DNA from: Eledone cirrhosa
Taxonomy: Eukaryota
NCBI GenBank assembly: GCA_964016885.1
Contig: OZ024754.1
Location: 23,126,001-23,190,000 of the forward strand
DNA length: 64,000 nt
Reading direction: 5' to 3'
The notes below the pieces were generated by a model. It was not told the origin of the DNA. It saw only the letters and a list, made by a program, of their open reading frames with translations, and ran no database searches. Positions 55,901 to 64,000 of the stretch are shown here, in pieces. Made by a program: the position numbers and the translations under genes. Each line of letters begins with the position of its first letter. Positions within the stretch are counted from its first letter, which is position 1.

Positions 55901-57310
55901 AAACCCTAACCCTAACACTAACCCTCACCCTAATCCTAACCCCAACCCTAACCCCAACCCTAATCCCAACCCTAACACTAACCCTATCCCTAACCCCAAC
56001 CCTAACCCCAACCCTAACCCTAAGCCTAACCCTAACCCTACTTTTTACCCTAACCCTAATCCAAACCCCAAACCAGATCCTAACCCTAACCCTAACCCCA
56101 ACCCAACCCTAACCCTAACCCTAAACCAAACCCTAACCCTAACCCAAACCCCAACACGAACCCCAACTCCAACCAAAACTCCAATCCTAAACCTAAACCT
56201 AACCCTAACCCAAACACTAACCCTAACATAAACCCAAACCCTACCCCTAACCCCAAACCTAACCCCAACCCTAACCCTAACACTAAGCCTAACCCTAACC
56301 CTCACATTTACCCTAACCCAAACCCAAAACCAAATCCCTACCCTAACCTTAACCCAAACCCTAACCCCAACCCAAACCCAAAACCAAATCCCTACCCTAA
56401 CCTTAACCCAAACCCTAACCCCAACCCTAACCCTAACCCTAACCCAAACCCTAACCCTAACCCAAACCCCAACACGAACCCTAACCCCAACCCAAACCCC
56501 AACCCTAACCCTAACCCAAACCCTAACCCTAACCCAAACCCCAACACGAACCCTAACCCCAACCCAAACCCCAATCCTAAACCTAACCTTAACCCAAACA
56601 CTAACCCTAACACAAACCCAAACCCTAACCCTAACCCTAACCCCAACCATAAGCCCAACCGTAGCCCTAACCCTAACCCAAACCCAAACCCTACCCCCAA
56701 ACATAACCCCAACCCTAACCCTAACCCAAACACTAACCCTAACACAAACCCAAACCCTAACCCTAAACCAAACCCTAACCCTAACCCAAACCCCAACACG
56801 AACCCTAACCCCAACCCAAACCCCAATCCTAAACCTAACCTTAACTCAAACCCTAACCCAAACACTAACCCTAACACAAACCCTAACCCTAACCCCAACC
56901 ATAAGCCCAACCGTAGCCCCAACCCTAACCCGAACCCTAACTTTAAACCTAACCCGAATCTTAACTCTACCCCTAACCCGAATCCTAAACCTAATTCTAA
57001 CCCTAACCCTAACCCCAAACCTAACCCTACCCCTAACCCTAACTCCAAACCTAACCGTAACCCTAACCCAAATCCTAACCCTAACCCTCACCCTAACCCC
57101 AACCCTAACTCCAACCCTAACCCCAACCATAAGCCCAACCCTAACCCTAACCCTAACCCTAACACCAACACGAACCCCAACCCAAACCCAATAGTAAACC
57201 TAAAACTAACCCTAACCCAAACACTAACCCTAACACAAACCCAAACCCTAACCCTAACCCTAACCCCAACCCTAACCCCAACCATAAGCCCAACCGTAGC
57301 CCCAACCCTA
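49920..57310 (-). repeat. 7.4-kb degenerate interstitial telomeric array (CCCTAA)n
   Basis: CCCTAA mixed with CCCCAA, CCCAAA, CACTAA, ACCTAA and TCCTAA variants. Confidence 0.97.
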
Positions 57311-57329
57311 CTTCAGCTCTATCAAAATG

Positions 57330-58253
57330 TGAACGAAAAGCCTAAATCAGCCTAAATAAAAAAATAATAATTTAATAAATGCCAAAAAATCAATTTGTAA
57401 ACACAGAACTAAATATTTCGAAAATTGTAAAAAAATCAATCTATGGACTCATAATGATTCTTTTTCGAAAAAGCAAAGAAAATCAAAAATATTTCGGAAA
57501 ATGCAAAAAAATTAATCTATGAACGACTTTTTAACGAAAAACGTAAAAAAATTAATCTGTAAATATTTCGAAAGATTGATATTTATGTAAAAAAAATCAA
57601 TCATGTTGATTCTTTTTCGAAAAACCTAAAATCACAAATCTGTGAAATCAGAGGTAAATAATTTGAAAAATGCCAAAAATTCAACGAAAAATGTAAAAGA
57701 AATCAATGAACCCAGATTGACTTTTTAACGAAAAACGTAGAAAAAAAAAAAAAAATGTTTTAAAAATCAATTCGTGAACGCATAATGATTCTTTTTCGAA
57801 AAACCTAAAAAGATCAATTTTTTGTAAACACGGAAGTAAATATTTTGATAAATGTAAAAAAATCAATCTATGAACGCAGATTGACTTTTTAACGAAAAAT
57901 GTAAAAAAATTAATCTGCAAAAGCAGAAGTAAATATTTCAATTTTTGAAATCAGAAGCAAAAGAATCAATCCGTTGAAAGCATTAATTTTTTTCTTGATT
58001 TTTTTTTACATTTTTCGTTCATAAATCCTTAAAACGGATTGATTTTTCTGCATCTTTCGAAAATTAATTTTTTTACACTTTTCGAAATATTTTTAGACTT
58101 CGCAGATTGATTTTTTTTAGTTTTTTCGAAAATATGCGTTCACAAATTGATTCATTTACATTTTTCGAAATATTTGTGTTTATAAATTGATTTTTTTTAC
58201 ATTTTTCGAAATATTTACTTATAGATTTTTTTTAGGTTTTTCAAAAAGAATCA
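57330..58253. repeat. AT-rich satellite (same family as 34590-36100) with polarity switch near 57960
   Basis: An A-rich half followed by a T-rich half with the same TTCGAA motifs. Confidence 0.85.
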
Positions 58254-58309
58254 GTCTAAGGCTCTTGGGGTTCAAGGCTTGGGGTTGGGGTTTAAGTCTG
58301 TCTAAGGCT

Positions 58310-59180
58310 TGTGGTTGGGGTTAGGGTTAGGGTTAGGGTTAGGGTTTGGGTTTGGGTTAGGGTTAGGGTTTGGGTTAGGGTTACGGTTAGGGTTAGGGTT
58401 GGGATTAGGGTTAGGGTTAGGGTTTGGATTAGGGTTAGGGTTAGGGTTGGAGATGGGGATGGGGTTAGGGTTAAAGGTTTGGGTTTGGGTTAGAGTTGGG
58501 TTAGGGTTAGGGTTAGGGTTAGGGTTGGGATTAGGGTTAGGGTTAGGGTTTGGATTAGGGTTAGGGTTAGGGTTGGAGATGGGGATGGGGTTGGGGTTGG
58601 GGTTGGGATTACGGTTAGGTTTAGGGTTAGGGTTTGGGTTAGGGTTAGGGTTAGGGTTAGGGTTAGGGTAGGGTTACGGTTAGGGTTGGGGTTGGGGTGG
58701 AATTTGTGTTAGGGTTGGGGTTAGGGTTGGGGTTAGGGTTAGGGTTAGGGTTAGGGTTAGGTTTAGGGTTAGGGTTAGGGTCGGGGTCAGGGTCAGGGTC
58801 AGCGTCATGGTCAGGGTCGGGGTCAGGGTTGCGGTTAGGGTTAGGGTTGGGGTTAGGGTTAGGTTTAGGGTTAGGGTTTGGGTTAGGGTTGGGGTTAAGG
58901 TTAGGGTTAGGGTTAGGGTTAGGGTTGGGGTTAGGGTTCGGTTTGGGTTGGTGTTAGGGTTGGGGTTAGGGTTAGGGTTAGTGTTAGTGTTAGGGTTAGG
59001 GTTAGGGTTAGGGTCAGGGTTAGGGTTAGGGTTGGGGTTAGGGTTAGGGTTGGGGTTGGGTAGGGGTTGGGTTTGGGGTTGGTATTGGTATTGGGGTTGG
59101 GATTGGGGTTGGAGGTTGGGTTAGGGTTGCGGTTAGGGTTGGAGTTAGGTTTGGGGTTAGGGTTGGGATTAGGGTTGGGG
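58310..59180 (+). repeat. Degenerate (TTAGGG)n array
   Basis: Read directly. Confidence 0.97.
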
Positions 59181-62100
59181 ATAGACTTAAACACCAACTC
59201 CAATCCTTAGACTTAAACCCTAACCCCAAACCTTAGTCGTAAACCCTAACCCAAATCCTTAGACTTAGACTTAAACCAGAACCCCAAGCCTTAGAATTAC
59301 ACTTACACACTAAACCCAAGCCTTAGACTTAGACTTAAACCACAACTCCAAGCTTTAGACATAGATTTAAACCCAACCCTAACCCCAAGACTTAGGCTTA
59401 AACCCCAACACCAAGCCTTAGACTTAAACCCAAGCGCCTAGACTTAGACTTAGACATAAACACCAACCACAAGCATTAGACTTAGAGTTAAACACCAAAC
59501 TTAAGCCTTAGACTTGGGCTTAAACCCAAACCCCAAGCCTTAGACATAGATTTAAACTCAAATTCCAAGCTTATACTTAGAATTAAAACCCAACACCAAG
59601 CCTTAGACTTAGACTTAAACCCCAACCCCAAGCCTTAGGCTTAGACTTAAAATCTAACGCCAAGCCTTAGATTAGACATAAACCCGAACCACAAGCCTTA
59701 GACATAGACTTAAACCCCAACCACAAGCATAAGATTTAGTCTTAAACCCCAACCACAAGCCTTTGTGTTAGACTTAAAACCCAACCACAAGCCTTAGAAT
59801 TAAACCCTAACCCCAAGCCTTAGACTTAAACACTAACCCCAAGCGTTAGACTTAGACCTAAACCCCAACCCCAAGCCTTAGACTTAGACTTAATCCCCGA
59901 AGCCAAGCCTTAGACTTAGACTTAAACCCCAACCACAAGACTTAGCCTTAGACATAAACGGAAACCCATAGCCTTAGACATAGACATAAACACCAACCCC
60001 AATCCTTAGAACTAAACATTAATCCTTGGACTTAAATCCCATACCCAAGCCTTAGTCTTAAACCCTAACCCCAACACGAAGCCTTAGACTTAGACTTAAA
60101 CCCCAACCCCAATCCTTAGACGTAGACTTAAACCCTAACAACAAGCCTTAGACTTACACTTACACCCTAACCACAAGCCTTAGAATTAGACTTAAACCCT
60201 AACTCCACGCCTTAAACTTGGATTTAAACCCTAACCCCAAGCCTTAGACTTACATTTACACCCTAACCCCAAGACTTAGACTTACAGTTAAAACCCAACC
60301 TTAAGCCTTAGACTTAGACTTAAACCCCAACCACAAGCCTTAGACATAGATTTAAACCCCAAAACTAACCCCAAGTCTTAGACTTAAACCCTAACCCCAA
60401 GCCTTAGACTTAAACCCTAACCCCAAGCCTTAGACTTAGCCTTAAACCCCAACCCCAAGCCTTAGACTTAGATTTAAACCCTAACCCCAAGCCTTAGATT
60501 TACACTTACACCGTAACCACAAGCCTTAGAATTAGAAATAAACCCTAACCCCAAGCCTAAGACATAGACTTAACCTCCAACTACAAGCCTTAGACATATA
60601 TTTAAACCCCAAACCTAACCCCAAGTCCTAGACTTAAACCCTAACCACAAGCCTTAGACTTACACGTACACCCTAACCACAAGCCTTCGAATTAGAGATA
60701 AAGCCTAACCCCAAGCCTTAGACATAGACTTAACCCCCAACACCAAGCCTTAGAATTAGACTTAAACCCCAACTACAAGTCTTAGACATAGATTTAAACA
60801 CCAAACCTAACCTCAAGCCTTAGACCTAAACCCTAACCCAAAGCCTAAGACTTAAACCCCAACCTCAAGCCTTAGACTTAGACTTAAACCCTAACCCCAA
60901 GCCTTAGACTTACACTTACACCCTAACCACCAGCCTTAGAATGAGACTTAAACCCTAACCACAAACCTTAGACTTACATTTACTCCCTAACCCCAAACAC
61001 TTAGGCATAGATTTCAACCCCAACCACAAGCATAAGACTTAGATTTAAACACCAACTCCAAGCCTTAGGCTTAACCCCTAACCCCAAGCATTAGACTTAC
61101 ACTTACACCATAACCCCAAGACTTAGACTTAGACTTAAGCCCCAACCCCAAGCCTTAGACTAAGACTTAAACCCTAACCCAAGCCTTAGACTTACACTTA
61201 CACCCTAACCACAAGCATGAGACTTAGAATTAAACAACAAGCTTAAGCCTTAGACTTAGACTTAATCCGCAACCTCAAACCTTAGACTTAGACATAAACC
61301 CTAACCCCAAGCCTCAGACATAGACTTAAACCCCAACCCCAAGCCTTTGAGTTAGACTTAAACCCTATCTACAAGACTTAGACTTACACTTACACCCTAA
61401 CCACAAGGCTTAGAATTAGACTTAAACCCTAACCCCAAGCCTTAAACTTAAACTTAAACCCTAACCCCAAGCCTTAGACTTACATTTACAAACTAACCTC
61501 ATGATTTGGAGTTAGACTTGAACCCTAACCACAAGCCTTAGACATAGATTTAAACCCCAAACCTAACCCCAAGCCTTGGACTTAAACCCTAACCCCAAGC
61601 CTTAGACTTAGCCTTAAACCCCAACCCCAAGCCTTAGACTAAAATTTAAACCCTAACCACAAGCCTTAGACTTAGACTGAAACCCTAACCCAAGCCTTAG
61701 ACTTAAACTTACACCCTAACTACAAGCCTTAGAATTAGACTTAAACCACAACAACAAGCCTTACACAGATTTAAACCCCAAACCTAAACCCAAGCCTTAG
61801 ACTTAGACTTAACTTCAACCTCAAGCCTTAAACTTAGACTTAAACACTAACCCCAAGCCTCAGAAATAGAGTTAAAACCCAACGCCAAGCCTTTGAGATA
61901 GACTTAAACCCCAACCTTAGACTTAGACTTAAAGCGCATCTCCTAGACTTAGACTTAAACCCTAAACCCAAGCCTAAACCCACCCTAACCCCAAGACTTA
62001 GACTTAGACTTAAACCCCAACCTTAAGCCTTAGACTTAGACTCAAACCACAACCACAAGCCTTAGACATAGATTTAAATCCCACACCTAACCCCAAGTCT

Positions 62101-64000
62101 TAGACTTAAACCCTAACCCCAAGCCTTAGACTTAATACCTAACCCCAAACCTTAGACTTAGCCTTAAACCCCAACACTAAGCCTTAGACTTAGACTTAAA
62201 CCCTAACCCCAAGCCTTAGACTTACACTTACACCCTAAACACAAGTCTTAGAATTAGACGTAAACCGTAAGACAAGCCTTAAACTTAGACTTAAAACCTA
62301 AATCCAAGCTTTAGACTTACATTTACACCCTAACCCCAAGACTTAGACTTAGACTTAAACCCCAAACTTAAGCCTTATACTTAGACTTAAACCCCAACCA
62401 CAAGCCTTAGAATTAGACTTAAAGCCCAACTACAAGCCTTACACATAGATTTAAACACCAGACCTAACCCCAAGTCTTAGACTTAAACCCTAACCCCAAG
62501 CCTTAGACTTAGACTTAAAACCCAACCCCAAAACATAGACTTAGACATAAACCCTAACCCCATGCCTTAAACTTAGACGTAAAATCCATCACAAGCCTTA
62601 GACTTAGACTTAACTCCAACCCCAAGCCTTAAACTTAGACTTAAACCCTAACCCCAAGCCTCAGGAATAGACTTAAACTCCAACAGCAAGCCTTTCAGTT
62701 AGACTTACACCGCAACCCCAAGCCTTAGACTTAGACTTAAAGCCAAACTCCTAGCCTTAGACTTAAAACCTAACCCCAAGCCTTAGACTTAAAACCTAAC
62801 CCCAACCCTTAGAATTAGCCTTAAATCCCAACACTAAGCCTTAGACTTAGACTTAAACCCTAACCCCAAGCCTTAGACTTACACTTACACCCTAAACAGA
62901 AGCCTTAGAATTAGACATAAACTCTAACACCAAATCTTAAACTTAGACTTAAACCCTAACTCCAAGCCTTAGATTTACATTTACACCCTAACCCCAAGAC
63001 TTAGACTTAGACTTAAACCCCAACTACAAGCCTTAGACATAGATTTAAACCCCGAACCTAACCCCAAGTCTTAGACTTAAACCCTAACCCCAAGCATTAG
63101 ACTTAAACCCTAACCCCAAGCCTTGGACTTATACTTAAAGCCCATCCCCAAGCCTTAGAATTACACTTACATCCTAACCACAAGCCTTAGAATTAGACTT
63201 AAATCCCCCAACTATAAGCCTTAGACATAGATTTCAACCCCAAACCTAACCCCAAGTCTTAGACTTAAACCCCAACCTTAAGCCTTAGACTTAGTCTCAA
63301 ACCACAACCACAAGCCTTAGACATAGATTTAAACCCACACCTAACCCCAAGTCTTAGACTTAAACCCTAACCCCAAGCCTTAGACTTACACTTACACCCT
63401 AACCACAGGCCTTAGAATTAGACTTAAACCCTAAACCCAAACCTTAAACTTAGACTTAAACCCTAACCACAAGCTTTAGACTTACATTTACACCCTAACC
63501 CCAAGCCTTAGACTTAATACCTGACCCCAAACCTTAGACTTAGCCTTAAACCCCAACACTAAGCCTTAGACTTAGACTTAAACCCTAACCCCAAGCCTTA
63601 GACTTACACTTAAACCTCAACCCCAAGCCTTAAACTTAGACTTAAAACCTAACTCCAAGCCTTAGACTTACATTTACACCCTAACCCCAAAACTTAGACT
63701 TAGACTTAAACCCCAAACCTTAAGCCTTAGACTTAGACTTAAACCCCAACCACAAACCTTAGAATTAGATTTAAAGCCCAACTACAAGCCTTACACATAG
63801 ATTTAAACACCAGACCTAACCCCAAGTCTTAGACTTAAACCCTAATCGCAAGCCTTGGACTTACACTTACGCCTTAACCCCAAGCCTTAGATTTAAAATT
63901 AAACCCCAACCACAAGCCTTAGACATAGATTTAAATCCTAACCCCTAGTCTCAGAAACAGACCTAAACCCCAACCCCAAGCCTTATACTTAGACCCTAAA
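59181..64000. repeat. Telomere-derived satellite, ~32-bp unit CCCTAACCCCAAGCCTTAGACTTAGACTTAAA (26/38-bp variants)
   Basis: Continuous to the end of the window. Variants differ by 6-bp modules. Confidence 0.95.

Noticed and set aside
49901-59229. Long LGLG/VRVR/NPNP/LTLT ORFs up to 510 aa
   Set aside because: They are translations of telomeric hexamers.

Overview
This is repeat-dominated animal DNA; the SINE family and expanded rRNA suggest a cephalopod, which is an inference. No host protein-coding gene is supported. 1-30 kb is (TA)n-rich and packed with Penelope-like elements (PLEs) and non-coding derivatives. These include a near-intact Naiad-type RT+GIY-YIG element bounded by diverged inverted termini, degenerate PLE fragments, and a ~9-kb interrupted palindrome. 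About 18 type I hammerhead ribozyme motifs from ~9 families lie here, including a 472-bp tandem array with one ribozyme per unit (retrozyme-like) and two families with unusually enlarged stems. 30-35 kb holds an R4/Dong-type retrotransposon nested in (TAA)n within an RTE LINE. 35-50 kb is a collapsed rDNA pseudo-unit (spacer repeats with TATATAGGG, 18S 3' end, 5'-truncated R2 at the canonical 28S site, 28S 3' part) between degenerate telomeric arrays. 50-64 kb has degenerate (CCCTAA)n, an AT-rich satellite, (TTAGGG)n and a telomere-derived ~32-bp satellite. Folds and alignments were done by eye and boundaries are approximate.
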